Below, piece after piece: positions 1 to 14,130 of a DNA stretch of 64,000 nt (positions within the stretch are counted from its first letter, which is position 1; every line of letters starts with the position of its first letter). The stretch comes from Malacoraja senta. Its lineage: Eukaryota. Both the position numbers and the translations under genes were made by a program. The notes below the pieces were generated by a model. The model did no database searches and was not told the origin of the DNA. It worked only from the letters and a program-made list of their open reading frames with translations. The DNA is taken from positions 1,924,001-1,988,000 of the forward strand of contig CM075996.1 of NCBI GenBank assembly GCA_038087875.1. Reading direction: 5' to 3'.

Positions 1-1678
1 GATTATGGAAACCAAATCCCATAGTACGGGGCAAGGCATATCAGGCCAGCAAGCGTGGGACGACCGGACACTTTGCCAGAACTCTTGATAGTTTTCTGAA
101 GCTTTAAAAACTGCAAATGTCAGCACTACCGTGAAGAGAATAACGGCTGCCGATAGGCAGGCTGCAATGCTCAGAGTTTAAAAACTCAGAGTGAAGAGCT
201 CAGAAAAGTACAGATATGTCAAGGGGAATCTAGATATTTCTAGTTCTTTGGTTGTATGCTTATTGCCAGTCCTTTGGGATACACCGTTACTTATCTCCAG
301 AACACCAGAGAATAAGCTATACACCAAGGGAGTTATCAGCAAAATGAAATGAGCTGTGTAGAAATGAATGTTTTCTTCAAAAGCATCCACCAAAGGAAAT
401 GATACAAGGCAGAAGTGCCCAACACACAATCTGCTCCACACCCTACATTGTGTCATATTTCATGGGAGGGTCTTGGTGCAAGGCTGAACGAACCCTAGGA
501 AAGCTGAAGACAGATTACTGCTGGCTGTCAGGCAAGTAGACAAACACCCACACCCCCCCCCCACCCCACCCAGCCTGTCATTTACTTTGTTGCAGTTTGT
601 ACAGTAGGTTTTATCTTCTGTGTTGAATCCGCAGCACCCGGAGTTCTATTACAAGGACAAGGGTCTAGCCACCATAACAGCATTAACATGGTCCCCCATC
701 ATGTACAGGTTGTTGATCAAACCTGGCCAGCTGTGCATCAACACGTGTAGGAAGGAAGCAGATGCTGGTTTAAACCAAAGATGGACACAAAAAACTGGAG
801 TAACTCAGCGAGACAGACAGTGTCTCTGGAGAGAAGGAATGGGTGACCTTTTGGGTCGAGACTTCTTCAGTCTGAAACGTCACACATTCCTTCTCTCCAG
901 AGATGCTGAATTACTACAGCATTTTTTGTGTCTATCTTCAGCCGTGCATCAATTCGTTAAGGCCACTGCTTCCTTCGCCATCACCTACCTCGAACTGCCC
1001 AAATAATTTCTCACAACGAACAACCGCCATCCAGTAAGAGACAAAAACCTCCCTTCTTCAAAACTAGATTTCTGCGTCTCTGTCCCCAAGCAATCTTAAC
1101 GCCCACTAAGTCCAAGATAAAGACTGACCTGACAATGCGCCCATCTCTAAACTGTCCACTCCTTCCTCACTCACACCTTCCGTAAAAAGAATTGAGTTAT
1201 GAAACTAGAAGGCGTGGTATATTAAGCAGTGCCGACATCTTGGTGAAAACACTCCCTTTTAAGTCACAATAACTTTACATTGCAATGCAAGACATTAATT
1301 AATAAAAGCATAAAGGGATTCAATGAATAACTTGACATCATTGGGTATGTAAAGAAACTAGTGGTGACTTACAAGAATAGTTTTGTTACCTGCTCTAACA
1401 CTGGTTTGACCCCCTTTCCTGGTGATTAGTAGCAAGTTTTTATAGTTTTTTTGCATGACAATTTTTTTGTTGTTTTTGTTTTTAAAAAAAAGTCCCAAAA
1501 ATTGGTGAGCTGGTTAAAGCTCATCCTTCAAACCAGAATAAAAGAAACAGCAGCCTCATCTCCCGACCCCATTCTGCTGCTTGTTAATCTTCACCAGTTG
1601 TAGAATCTCAGGAGCACTGCAGACATCCTTCATCTCCAAGAGGCCAGAGGGGAGAAGAGGCCGTCTCCACCATTGACA
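1..1678 (-). other. SRSF3: SRSF3 3' UTR / downstream region (end not defined)
   Basis: Follows the stop codon. I found no canonical AATAAA on the minus strand close to the stop, so the cleavage site is undetermined. Confidence 0.5.
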
Positions 1679-1706
1679 CTATTTCCTCTCAATGGATCGG
1701 GAGCGA
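1679..1706 (-). CDS. SRSF3: SRSF3 last coding exon
   Basis: Long polypyrimidine tract, then gacag|T CGC TCC CGA TCC ATT GAG AGG AAA TAG = RSRSIERK*, matching the SRSF3 C-terminus (RSRSNERK in mammals). Confidence 0.92.
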
Positions 1707-4220
1707 CTGTCGTGAAGCGAGGGGGAAAGAAAAAAAATAGTTCAGGCATTAAATAGAAGAGGCTTAAGAAAAGTTACACCACAACTTTGAGAAACTCCTC
1801 GCCTTGTAAGGTATTATAGGACCTCAAGTCTTACAAACTTCACACAGCGCCCAGTTCTGCAAGAAAAGTCAGAGCCTAAAAGGCACTAGTTTTTACTGGA
1901 TGATCATTGTTATTTTGATCTTTGACTTAATTATTAATCGTTGGGCAACTGGAGTGACATTAACTGTTTGTGGTTGATGTGATGACCCATGGATGCCAAA
2001 TCTACAGGAGCTGTGCTTTGCAATTATAATACAGAGAGGTATTCCTATGAAGTGTTCTGCAACTATCAGAAAAATATTGACAGTTCAACAAAGTGGTTTA
2101 AAGATGGATCCAGCTTGATTAGAGGCAACTATCTACTTAATGCACTACAGCAATTTGCCTAGACTTCGACACCAGTACTTCTCAACTCTGCTGTTTCCAA
2201 GCTAAGACGACATAAAGAAAAAAAATCAATGTTCCTCTATTGACACTGGGCCCAAATAATGCAACTCTCTACAACAGCATTGTAGAGAGAGCATCACTAC
2301 AGTGGATCAAGAACATTGCAAACCATTACCTTCTCCGGCGGCAATTAGGGAAGTGTATTAAATGTCTGTGTTAGTTTTGACATGCAGCAGAGGGGTTTAG
2401 AAACTAACTTCAAGTGTTTACGGACCAGGCAGCTAAAAGCATGGTCACAAATGGAAATGCGAAGGAAGGCAGTGACCAAAGATAGCCTTTGGGGGTAGAC
2501 ACAAAATGCTGGAGTAACTCGGCGGGACAGGCTGCATCTCTGGAGAGAAGGGATGGGTGACGCTTTGGGACGAGATCCCTTCTTCAGACTGTAGCTTTGA
2601 TGGTCCAGCCTACACCACTGCAGGGTCAAGCATTCAGGACTTAATGGCTAATCAACTAAACTAATTTTCAGGCAACAAATGTGTTCACAAAATGAAGGCG
2701 GGTTTCCTTTTACTATTGCCGAATTCACTATAAACCTGGAAGATTCCCAAATTATCACCGCCACGTGGGATATGCTTCTTTTTGCAAAAGTAACCTTATA
2801 ATCTTCATGCTGTGCATTAGAACTAAACTGCTAATTGTCTCTGTCCTCCCCACTATTCATCAATTGTTTTTAATTACAGAAGCAGTCACAATTTGCTAAA
2901 TGGCGTGCAGCTATCTGTTTGTTGTGACAGTCCCTTTGCATGTTATTTATCGCAATATCAGCATCAAATTGCTCAACAATCATTGAATCAGTGGTCAGGG
3001 GCAATTTTAAGCTGCCATGGGGTCAGAAACATTCCACTTCAAATACAACACCATTTCTTTGCTGTTTAATGTTTTGTGTTGTGTGTTTTTTTTTTAATTA
3101 CAGTGCTGGTCACCTCATATTTTGAACTTTCAATTTAAAATCGGATATATGAAAGAGATCAAAGGTTATGGGGAGAAGGCAGAAGAATGGGGTTGAGAGG
3201 GAAAGATAGATCAGCCATGACTGAATGGCAGAGTAGACACAATGGGCCAAACGGCCTAATTCTGCTCCTATAACTTATGAGCTTATGACACATGACTGCA
3301 ATTTCTTTTAAAATGACATATTCTACATCTGTCTAATCTAACAAATACATGTAGACAAAAGTGCTGGAGAAACGCAGCGGGTGCAGCAGCATCTATGGAG
3401 CGAAGGAAATAGGAAACATTTCGGGCTGAAACGTTGCCTATTTCCTTCGCTCCATAGATGCTGCTGCACCCGCTGAGTTTCTCCAGCACTTTTGTCTACC
3501 TTCGATTTTCCAGCATCTGCAGCTCCTTCTTTAACAAATACATGTCTTTAATATTTAGTGATATTGGCACAGATTTATGCCAGAATTTAAGCCTATTCGA
3601 TAAATGGTATTCTTTTTGACCATCAGGTGTGTAAGTTTAAAGGTTGAGGAGGAATCTTAAGAAAGTCCTGAGAATACAACAGTCGTCTGCCTGATACGAA
3701 CCTGATAGTGTTCTGAGAAGACGTTACACTGCCTTCATTTAATTAAGATTAGCAGCAATGGAACATGACCCAATTTTCAAAGAAAGCCTTAGACTCAAAC
3801 ATTCAACCCTCTTATTCCTAAGTGTTCAGGTAATTCAAATATTCTCAAACATTCTTATGCAAATTAATTGGAACAAGGGTTTTAAACAGACTTTGGCACA
3901 ATAAACTCCATGTTTTGGTATAATTGAGCTCCCGTCCCTTGGTTCTGTTGGTTTTTTATCACTCGGCTTCAGATTGCATGACTGAAAGTGCGCCACATCT
4001 CACATACTTCAACAGCCATAGAGTTTTAGAGGAGAAGGCTACCATATAACAATATGCAGGCATTCCATTCCAACTCAACTTTGTCGAGGCCAACTGAGGA
4101 TCCCAATTTGTGCCCAAATACAGCCCATTGCAAGAATATTACTTTGATTCTTGCAAACTCAATAGCGAAAAAAGACCATATTAGGAAGGAAATCCGATTA
4201 AGAAATTTAACGCTACTAAC

Positions 4221-4313
4221 CTGTGCGACCTGGAGAAAGATCTCGATGGCTCTCGTCTTTCTCTGTCCCTGGAAATTGAACGCTCACGATGCCTGTTCTC
4301 CCTGGACCGAGAC
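4221..4313 (-). CDS. SRSF3: SRSF3 RS-domain exon (equivalent to mammalian exon 6)
   Basis: ctatag|G TCT CGG... encodes SRSRENRHRERSISRDRERREPSRSFSRSH(S). Donor CACAG|gttagt; phase 2-2; 93 nt. Confidence 0.92.
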
Positions 4314-7300
4314 CTATAGTGCAGCAAACGGATTCAAGGTAAACAGACCCTTGAGCTAACTGTAGCAAGGCATCACAAATTCCACTAGATGGATCTTATT
4401 AAATGTGAGGGGGTGGGGAACACCATAAGAATGAAAAATATCAAGCCAGTTTAATACTAACCAGAATCACATAGCAACCATTTCACTCTCAATGATGTTA
4501 GTGCGCTTTCTGAATTAGTCTGTGAACAAATGCACAGAATTTGCCAACTTAAAAAGATTGAACATGCCTTCCTGATGCACAAAATACACAGGGAAGCAAA
4601 TCTCTTAAATCCACGATGTAGAAAATGTATCCACTTCATTATATGTACTTCAAGTTTAACCACGTTATCGTGGTGAAGCAACCACTTTGAGAAGATATTT
4701 CATCAAAACTTTATTCCAGAAGAGCACCAACATCATCTAGAGCATTTCACTGGCACTTACATGTTAATCTTTTGGGTGAAATGCAAATCCTTAACTGCCC
4801 TCCCCTTTAACTCAAATAACAAACACCAGTGTGCAATGTAGTCAATCGGACCTTGAAGAGGCAGTAACCAATTGAGGAACTGGTACATCATTTAAAAATG
4901 ACATTAGCCCCGAGTCTACTCACTTCTGAAGTCTCTCTCCTTAAAAGATGCAGACCAATGGCTTCCACTGGCGATCGTTACTACTCCGTATGTAACAGCC
5001 AATGACCGACGACTCACTCCCATCCTCTGCTGTCTGAAGGGTCCTGACCTGAAACGTTGCCTATCCATTCCTGCCACAGATGATGATGTCTGACGCACCG
5101 AGTTACTTCAGCATTGTGTTTTACCCTTCCAGATAAGAGTATTTTACCTTCAATTTAGGCAAATGGGGAAAATTCACTGTCAACGAAGCAGTGTACCAGC
5201 TTACCACTCCTCTGTGACAGTCCTTTAATCACTCCAGCTCCTTTTAACAACCTATCCTTGATGTTCTTCAATAGTATTATCATTGATTCTCACACCATCA
5301 ACATTCTGGGAAACGTCACTCACCAAAACACAACTGCATAAGCCATATCAGTACTGTAGTTCAGTGAAAGGTCAAAGACTGGATATCCTGTTTCACATCA
5401 GTGCCATCCCTTTCCACCACCTACATTACACCATTTAGAATTTGTTCTACCTGCCTGGTTGAAGATCTCAAGTAGCTTGGTAACACTCGGAACAAACAAC
5501 TGATTGACTGGCATCCTATCCACTCTACCCGTGTATTCCCGAGCACAGTGGCTGCAGTACATGCCATCAACAAACACACGGAAGTTACTCTCCAAAATTA
5601 TTCCGACAGCATCTGCAAAACCCACAAGCTCTACCAACAAGAGGGACAAGGGCGGCAGGCGCAGTGGAAATACCACCAGCACCTGCAGCTTCCCATCCCA
5701 ATCAGACACCATCCTGACTGGGAACTGTTCGGCTGTTCCTTCGGCATGACGGGATCTAAATCCAGGAATCCCTATCCATGTGTTTCATGGGAATACCTTT
5801 AACAGGAGGGCTGCAGCAGACCAAAGGTTGTCACACCAATACCTTCAGAAGCAACTAGTTGGAAAATAAATGCTGGTTTGCCAGTAATGCCCATATCCTG
5901 AAAAATGAACAAGTAAAAGCAAGTTAAATGAGCCATGTTTTATGTTGTGCAAACTCCTTCTGAATAAAATGTAGATATTAGAACACTGCCAAATGAAATA
6001 AAGATCATTCTCTCCACACATGCAGGAGCTCAAGATTCTTATGATTATCCCACGGACTTCAGCATTAACTGTAGATATTATTGGACGTGCACTTTCCCCG
6101 TGCTCTCTCTAAACCTTAAATCTACTCTTTCATCAGCAGGGTATTAAAGTAATTTCCAATTTTCTGACAAACTCCATGCATACTATATTTCTTGGAATTT
6201 ATGTTGAAACATCAAGATATTATGGGAATATTACCCAACTACCCTGCTTGTGTATATAACACTCAACAAATCAGTGGAATTATCATTTTGAGCCCGTGAA
6301 ATGGATCATCCGACCCCTGAAACAGTGCAAATGCTTACTCCCCTACGCCCCACCTCCTCATTAAACACGAGCACAAGGATCTGGTCAACTGGCCATTCCC
6401 TAATCAAGGTCACTTTCACCATGACTACAAGCACCTGCAAGCAGTGAACGTAACACACGCACTCACCTTGTTTGGAATGGCAGCAAGGACAGCTTCCCGC
6501 AACAACCACTTCCAACACCAATATCAGATATCTTTACCGACATCTGGGTCAATCTCTTACACACATTATCACACCCGGCCATTTAACCAATTACTGGAAG
6601 TCATCTTCACCATGGCAAAATATTAAGTTACTTCTAAGAAAAATTAACTTGTTAGAACTAAAGAATCGTGCTGAGGCCCAACACCAACCAGCAACAAATC
6701 TTTGATTTGGGCTACACTGCCCTCCCAGTTGATGGACTGATTAATATAAAACAAATTGCAACCTGCAAAGTCTGGATTGTGAAGGTATGTGCTGATCAAT
6801 TAGTTGATGAACAAAATGCCCTGTTACTAAAAAGATTAATTTAGAAGGATCTGTTACTTAACTGTCAGACATGCAGTGGCCACTGACACCCAAGCATAAT
6901 AGCCTTCAACTACATATTGCTGTGATGGTTTTTATTGTGTCTACACGTGGAAATATCTCAACATCTACTCTGCCTTCTTCGGATCTCAATAAGATTTATT
7001 TTTCTACGCTCCAAAAGATTAAAATCTGATTTATTTTTTCCGGCATTTGTGATAGCACAGCATTCTCATTTCAGAAAATATTCTGGGCAAAACACTTCTG
7101 GGCTATTTCCAAAGTTGGTTTATCCTTCCTGCACGCAGTTTTAGATCAGGCATATGGGGTTAATATCAAGCCTAATAAACTTCCCTATCTGCTTGGGCTC
7201 AAAGCCAACCTTTTGTTCCTTTGTCATTACCGGATGGGCAGAGGGCAACGGTCCATCAATCCTGGCCTAGCTACATGCTCCAGAACATGCAAACACTCTG

Positions 7301-7986
7301 CACGAGGCACTGATGAGAGGGGATATGGGCATTAGCGCTTTCTCAACTAACAAGATCCTCATTTCAGAAGAAACATTTCAGGAACAACACATGGGGTTGT
7401 CCTGGCCTTCTATAGAAACTGAGATAATTAAATCACTTGAAAATATTTCCTTGTCATATATTTTTGTGGGAGGAAGGAAAAGGAACATACATGCCCCAGC
7501 TAAATGATCCAATATTATTTTTATTACAGATCTTTTGGTGTGGCCAAAAACAGACACAAAATAACAGCAATCAAGTTGTTCCACAAAGTGAAACTTCATA
7601 TTTGCTTTAGTTGGTGGGGTTTTAGACTTGCATATTATGCCAGAACATAAATAATTTTAGGACTAGTTAACAATTTGAAATAGAACAAAACTAGAAATGC
7701 ACAGCAGGCCCACTTGCATCCAAGAGGATTATCTTGAGTGCAATGCCTACTTAAGAATAGTGTGTGTTTTAAGTGTTTTGTTTTCTTTAAGAGACTAACT
7801 AACTGGTCAGGGACAGACACAGCATGATAGCAGCAATTGGTTCACATTCCAGAAGTTGCAGGTATCAGCCCAATAGAAGCATCAAAGAGCCAAGAGTGAA
7901 AGGGATTGGAAAAACCAAAGGGACGGGATTGTGAAAACACAAAAGTGAATTCTCAATTTAAAATGTAAAAGGCAGATAAAACTTAC

Positions 7987-8588
7987 TAGAATGGTCAACA
8001 TTATAACAAATCAACAGCCATCTGCAGGGCGTGTCGTGTGACGATGGTGGTGGGGAGGAAAAAGGGGGCCCTGACCATCTGGATTCATGCACGATGTAAA
8101 GTGTAGAATTAAATAAAAAATGGTATTAATTTATCTGCTGTGTATTGGCACGGAGACCAATCGAAGCAGCCCCTTTTAGAGTGCGTTGGTACCAGTTTAC
8201 TGCCGATGCAGGCCTTGGGTTTGCAAAGGCTGGCGGACAACCACACCCCACTGATGGATCGAGAGGATTTCAGATGGTAATTTTTTCCCCCGTTGGCTGT
8301 TTGGTCGTTATGGCTGCCGGCGGAAACAGTAGAGAAGGGATGGTTGTTTATAAACAGCGTGCTGGGGTACGCAGGAAAAGACCCAAGCTTGTCGGTCCAG
8401 CGGTTGGCCATTCGGTTGCACACACTCACAGACACACGTGAATGCTGGACATTTGAAGTGTGAGGCGTTCGTTTAGATTGGGACGCGCTGATCCCCTGAT
8501 GTAGACACAACCAGTTGATTGGCTAATGCAGACTCGGAGAAGTGGACGCTCTCAGAAAGGGGGCAGGGGGTGAGTGCGTGGGTTTCAA
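7987..8588 (-). other. SRSF3: Candidate SRSF3 poison cassette exon (exon 4 equivalent)
   Basis: Repeat-free island between exon 3 and the RS exon. Acceptor at 8588 (U-rich tract + tgtgcag) or 8550 (ctcac + pyrimidines + ctgag); donor CTA|gtaagt after 7987. In-frame stop with either acceptor. TCTGCATTAGCCAATCAACT resembles the mammalian exon as I recall it. Confidence 0.8.
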
Positions 8589-11439
8589 CTGCACATTTCA
8601 TCAAAAGAAAAAAAAATGCACAGAAACACCAGTTACTATCTAACCAATCATGATGCATTTTCATTTAACTTAACTTTTTAAATACACACATACACACCAG
8701 TATTAGATTCTAAAACATCATCCAACACTGAATATATGAAAAAGCAAAGAAAAAACTGTTTGTCATTTTTAAGAAGTCGAGCAGTCATATTATCAATTTC
8801 GAGCCCAAACATTATGTTTTCCCTGAATCTACAAAGCTCCAAACATTTCCCATCTCCCCTATAAAATTTCAGAGAGGGTCATTACACCCATGTTGAAGTG
8901 CATTATTTTGGGCAGTCACAAACCTAAGCAAGGTGACCTTGTACCTTAAAACTAATTTTACTTTTATGTTCAAATGGCCACATGACATTGGGTCAAAACC
9001 GGAAACACTATCTCTGGAGCACTACAACATTGTGGGTATACCCATATCTCAAGGTCTGCAGTGGTTCAAGAAAGGAACTCACCATCACATTCTCAAGAAC
9101 CATTAGGGACAGGTTATTAAATGCTCTCTAACTCGCATCCTTGGGATGAATTTTAAAAAGGCCATATTAAATAGCAGGCTTGTCAAAAATGGCCTGACTC
9201 AGCACTGATTCAGAATCATTGAGTGACCAACAGGGCCAAATGAATTCTTAAGGACCGTGCCAACATTGATAACTGTGACGCCATCTCTAAATGCAAAATA
9301 AAAATCCCAAAAGCTAACCGGCTCCACTGTGATATAAAACCTCAAATTTAACACCTGCTGTGAAATGACTTAACTATCCTTAGCTGGGGCAAAAAAAAAA
9401 AACTCCAACTGGCCTAACAGCTTCCATGAAAGGAACAAGTCAAAACCAGGGCTGGTGGCCTTTTTTACTCTCCAGCGACCTTTTTCCGACAGGATAGCCA
9501 GATGTACTCGAGACGCACAAATGATTTGAAGGCAGAAGAATTGGCCTGCAATCTGTATTGTCAGCATTCATAAGAGAGTGGGCACCATAAAACAATCTTA
9601 CTTGGGATCGTGGCTTAACATTTAAATATAATGAAACTTCAACTGATTGTTTCAAATCAGACTATTTTTGAATACCATCCATTAAAGCAATTAAAATTTG
9701 CACAATTACAAAGAAGTGCACACTGTACTACTTAAGAACCTTTTAGTCAGTACAAGTACAAAAATATTAATTTAGCAAAGCATATAGAGAATATACTCCA
9801 CGTCCCTGCAATGTTGCAACCTATTATATTTTAATAACTAGTTAGAATATGACCTCTAGAACCGTCATAACATACATCAGCTATTTAAACAAATTATCTT
9901 AATAAGACACTGCAACATGTAGTTGCAGATGATGAAAACAAAGGAATGTATCAAAGTTATTTTAAACAATCTTAAAAAGAGTGTTAAAGGCTCCCCTAAC
10001 AATCCAATGTCTCCTATTGCAGTTTTGTTGTAACAATTCTTTATCATTATATGTTAGATTAATAGAACAAATGCAGTGAAGATTGTTTTCTCAAAGACTC
10101 TGATCTCAATTATACCCTCTGCTGTTGAAGAAAGGTATTGGGAGGAGATGGGGAAAGAACAAGAAATAATTTCTACACAGGAAGGAAAGATGGGTAACCT
10201 TTTTCAAATAAAATGATGAAGAGGCTTTGCAAAACATTCCTACTTTCTACTGAAAAAAGTACAATAAGTAGAAATAGAAAGCTCTAATTAACAGAGGTGC
10301 AATCATAGCAATGGGAATAATTCTAGTCAAGGCCATTCATGGCAAGGTGGGAATTTAGTTTAAAGCAAAATGCTGGAGATACTGAGCAAGCCAGGCAACA
10401 TTGATAAGGGGAACATAATTAACATTTCAACTCGGACCTTCCATTGCAGACTTTGATCGCAAACTCATGAAAAGCCATTGACCTGGAAAGTTAATGTGCT
10501 TTCTCTCCCATCTCTCCACAAATGCCGCTCGACTTGCGCAGTACTTGCAGCACGTTCTGTTTTACTTCAGATTTCCAGCATCTGCTAGATTTTGCCTTTG
10601 AGAAGTTATGCCCTGCCCTGCCCTATGTTAATGCCTCAAGTCGATTATTTACAGGTTCGCAGGTATTTTTAGAGCTATTTTTCTTCGCTCAGATAATTTC
10701 CTGCTTCAGTAGTCTTGCAACTGGATTTATGGAGGAAGAGAATTCAAGAAAGTTTGTGTACAAAGTGACTCATCTTATCCTCCCCTATCAATCATCACGC
10801 CTCCACTTCATCAAGAAGCTATCGGGAACTGAGGACAAACAAATCTATTAGCTCCTACTCTTTCTAATCTTAATGGTCATTAGAACAAGACTTGTTAACT
10901 TTACCACCATCCCTACAATGCCCTAAATCTGCAGTAGGCCCATCCGCTTGCAATCACAGTGAACTGCATGCTGAATAATTTGTCCTCGTGGAGGCATTTA
11001 TTGGTTGTATAATTATGCCAGAAACATCGAGGCATGAGAAAACATTATGTTATAAAACACAAGAGAACATCTTCAAGGCAGTAATTTCTTTAGGATCCTG
11101 ATGATAACAAAGCATCTAACTGACTGTGATTTACGATTCTAACATCTGCTGCCTTGAAATCGCTCAGAGTTCATTAGTTATATTGAATGAAAATTCAAAC
11201 CACGTAATTAAGATCATACATTGTTATTCAAAGCTTCATAAAACAATAATGCAGGGCTGCTGTGGTACTGAGAACCTTACCCAAAGCTTTAAGACTTTGC
11301 AGAAATGATTAACTGTGGTCCTTAAATATTTTCACACTGTAGAGTGCTTTACTTTGTCTTGAGTTGGGACTGGAACACATTCAAGACTGCTTCATCCAGC
11401 CTGAATGAGTATGCCTGTCATCAACGTTTTCGTCAAGAA

Positions 11440-14130
11440 ATGCATTGATGATTGCCTTCTAACGAAGACAACTAGGATCTATTCTAACCACATTCCTAAG
11501 GTGAACAAGGAGCTCTAAAGTTCAGATTCGAGGCTTTCAAAGAGCATGATCCTGCAAGGCCAGGTATGAACTCTGCAAGACTCGGGGATGCCAAGAGAGG
11601 ATTCCAAAACAAGCTAGAAACTCAATTTAATCAAGCTGATGCCGGGTGAGAATACCATAGGCTACAAGCCAAAATTGGGAGCAATGTCTGGCAACGACGC
11701 ATCTCCGCCAGATGAGCTTAATGCCCTTTACATCTGTTTTGAACAAGCAAACATAGCTCCGCCTAGCCATGCCCCTTTGCCGACTTGGTTCCATACATTT
11801 CAGTGGCAGAAGACCAGTCTGCTTCGACGAGGGAACATTCTCGGAAAGCGGTTTCCCAGGACGGAGTCTGTGGACGGGTTCTGAAATCACATGTCAATCA
11901 GCCTTCGTCGACATCTTCAACCTCTCACTTCAACAGTCTACTGTCTCCATCCACTTCAAGGAAACCTCCATCATTCCAGCTCCCAAGAGAAGTGATTAGC
12001 CTCAAAAACTACCGTTACCACCAGCCCCCAACATCAACCACAATTAAGTGCTTTGAAAGACTAGTAATGGACCGTATCAGCGGCATTCTTCCAGACAACC
12101 TAAACCCCTGTAATTCATATGAAGGTAAAATAGGGTCTTCCGAGGACACCATCACTTGCAATACAATTAGCCCTGGTTCACCTTGACAATAAGGACACCT
12201 ATGCCAAGGTGCTATTCATCAACTGCAGTGTAGCCTTTAACACCATAATACCAATCACACTCATCCCTATTTCCTTCGCTCCATAGATGCTGCCTCACCC
12301 GCTGAGTTTCTCCAGCATTTTATTTACCATCCCTAAACCTCTATGCCTTGGGGGCTACACATGCAACCGCCTTTGGGACGTCTTGATCAGCAGACCTGTT
12401 TTGGTCATTAGAATTGGTCATAACATTTCCTCCACCATGAACCTCAACACTTGTTCCCCTCAGAGCATGTGCTCAGCCCCTTGCTCTACACCCTGCACCC
12501 TCATGACTATGTAGTCAAGTACAAAGCCAACTCCATCTTTAAATTTGATTGATGATACCAATGTTGTCAGCCAGGCAGATCTGCATAGATAAGCCAAAGT
12601 TCAGGACAGCAACAGAGAACCTTGTGCTATGGTGTCAGGATAATAAACAAGCCCTTATCAGAAAGGCATAAGAATGCCATTGCCAACCTAAGTAAACAAG
12701 GGAGTGACCACAACTCTTTTCTCATCAAAGCTGCTGTAAAGGAGGCTGACAACTTCAAGCTCACAGGCATCAATATCACCAGCACTTAACTTGGTCCGAT
12801 CACACAGAAGTGGTGATCAAGAAAGAGCATCAGCGTATTTACTTTCTTATGCGTCTGAGAAGATTCGGCATGCCCACGAGGATTCTCTCAAATTTCTACA
12901 GACCTGCTATGGGAAGTATTCTGACAGGATGCATGGCAAGTCTGGTATGGCAACTGTTCTGCTCTTAACTGTTTGAACCTGCAGAGAGTGGTGAACATAG
13001 CCCAGTCTTTCACAGGACTGCCACGCCCTCCATCCAGTCCATCTTCACAGTGTGTTGCATCAGGAAGTCTTGAAGTGTCTGTCACCCTGGCCATTCATTT
13101 TTCTTTCTTCTGCTTCTGGGAGAAGATGCAGGAGCTTGGAAGTCAGGTGTCCAGACTTGCAGCAAACACCACCTTCTTCACTGCTCTGATTTGTGAGCCA
13201 ATCATCTATTCCACACTCCATTCCCCCAGGTGCTGCCATGTACACTTAAGGGCCTGTCCCACTTACGCGTCCTTGGCTCGCAAATTACGCGACCTCGTGG
13301 TCGCTTGAGGTGTACAGGCACCGTATGGCCGCGCAGGGCCGGTCCCACTTAGAAGCGCGGAGTGGTATGGAGTTGTGCGGGGCCGGTCCCGACATCGGAG
13401 CCGGGCTCCGAAATTCTTACAGCGAACGAAATCTTTGCGCGCCAACGGCATGTCGCGGAACTGACGGCCAAAGTGGGACAGGCCCAAGACCCTGGCGCGA
13501 CGCAACATCTCACCTTCAACGGCAGCAGAAGCAGGCAAACGATCGCCGAACTCGGCCTGGGGCTCACGGCCGTTGCGGTCCGGATCCGCCCCCACTTCTA
13601 CTCCCAGAGCGGGGCCAAAAAAATTGAAGATAGACACAAAATGCAGGAGTAACTCAGCGGGACCTGCAGCATCTCTGGAGAGAAGCAACGGGTGATGTTT
13701 CGGGTCAAGAACCTTCTTTTCAGACTGAAGAAGTCTCGACACGAAACATCACCCATTCCTTCTCTCCAGAGATGCTGCCGGTCCCGCTGAGTTACTCCAG
13801 CTTTGTGTCTATCTTCAAATGACGTCACGCGCTCCAGGCGGCTGTGCGTACGCATGAAATTGCGCCCGACCTTCGCTCGACCGTCTCGGCTCAACGCGAC
13901 CACGAGGTCGCGTAATTTTCATGCCAAGGACACGTAAGTGGGACAGGCCCTTTACTCTACCTCATTTGGTTATTCTGCAGTTGTACTTTAATATTCTTTT
14001 GCACTACAATTTCCCACCATTCTGCTGTTTTGCTCATATCCATTGTTGTATTTATCATTATGAATAACTATGCATCATGTGAACAAGGAATTTCATGGCA
14101 CCCTGGTGTATATGACTATAAACTGGTCTA
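11440..14130 (+). mobile_element. Degenerate Rex1/Babar-like LINE in an SRSF3 intron
   Basis: Broken RT motifs (PDELNALY, FVDIFNLSL, IKCFERLVM, LQRVVNIAQS) homologous to the 27.7-31.0 kb LINE. Interrupted by younger insertions. Confidence 0.8.
13249..13951. mobile_element. Non-autonomous PIF/Harbinger-type DNA transposon (MITE)
   Basis: TIRs AGGGCCTGTCCCACTTACG.../...CGTAAGTGGGACAGGCCCT, extending imperfectly for ~55 bp. TTA on both flanks (13246-48, 13952-54). CpG-rich; nested palindrome at ~13627-13817. Confidence 0.85.

Noticed and set aside
2330..2365. 36-nt in-frame micro-exon candidate ending RRR with donor AAG|gtaatg
   Set aside because: The acceptor lacks a pyrimidine tract and there is no counterpart in the known SRSF3 structure.
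6339..6380. 42-nt phase-compatible AG...GT segment (minus) where exon 5 should be
   Set aside because: Encodes SLCSCLMRRWGVG, which is not RS-like, and has no polypyrimidine tract.
6461..6545. Perfect donor CAAG|gtgagt on the minus strand at 6467
   Set aside because: No convincing acceptor; the nearest candidate exon has an in-frame stop.
8109..8510. 133-aa ORF inside the poison exon
   Set aside because: Non-ATG start, no recognisable protein, and it does not join the RS frame.
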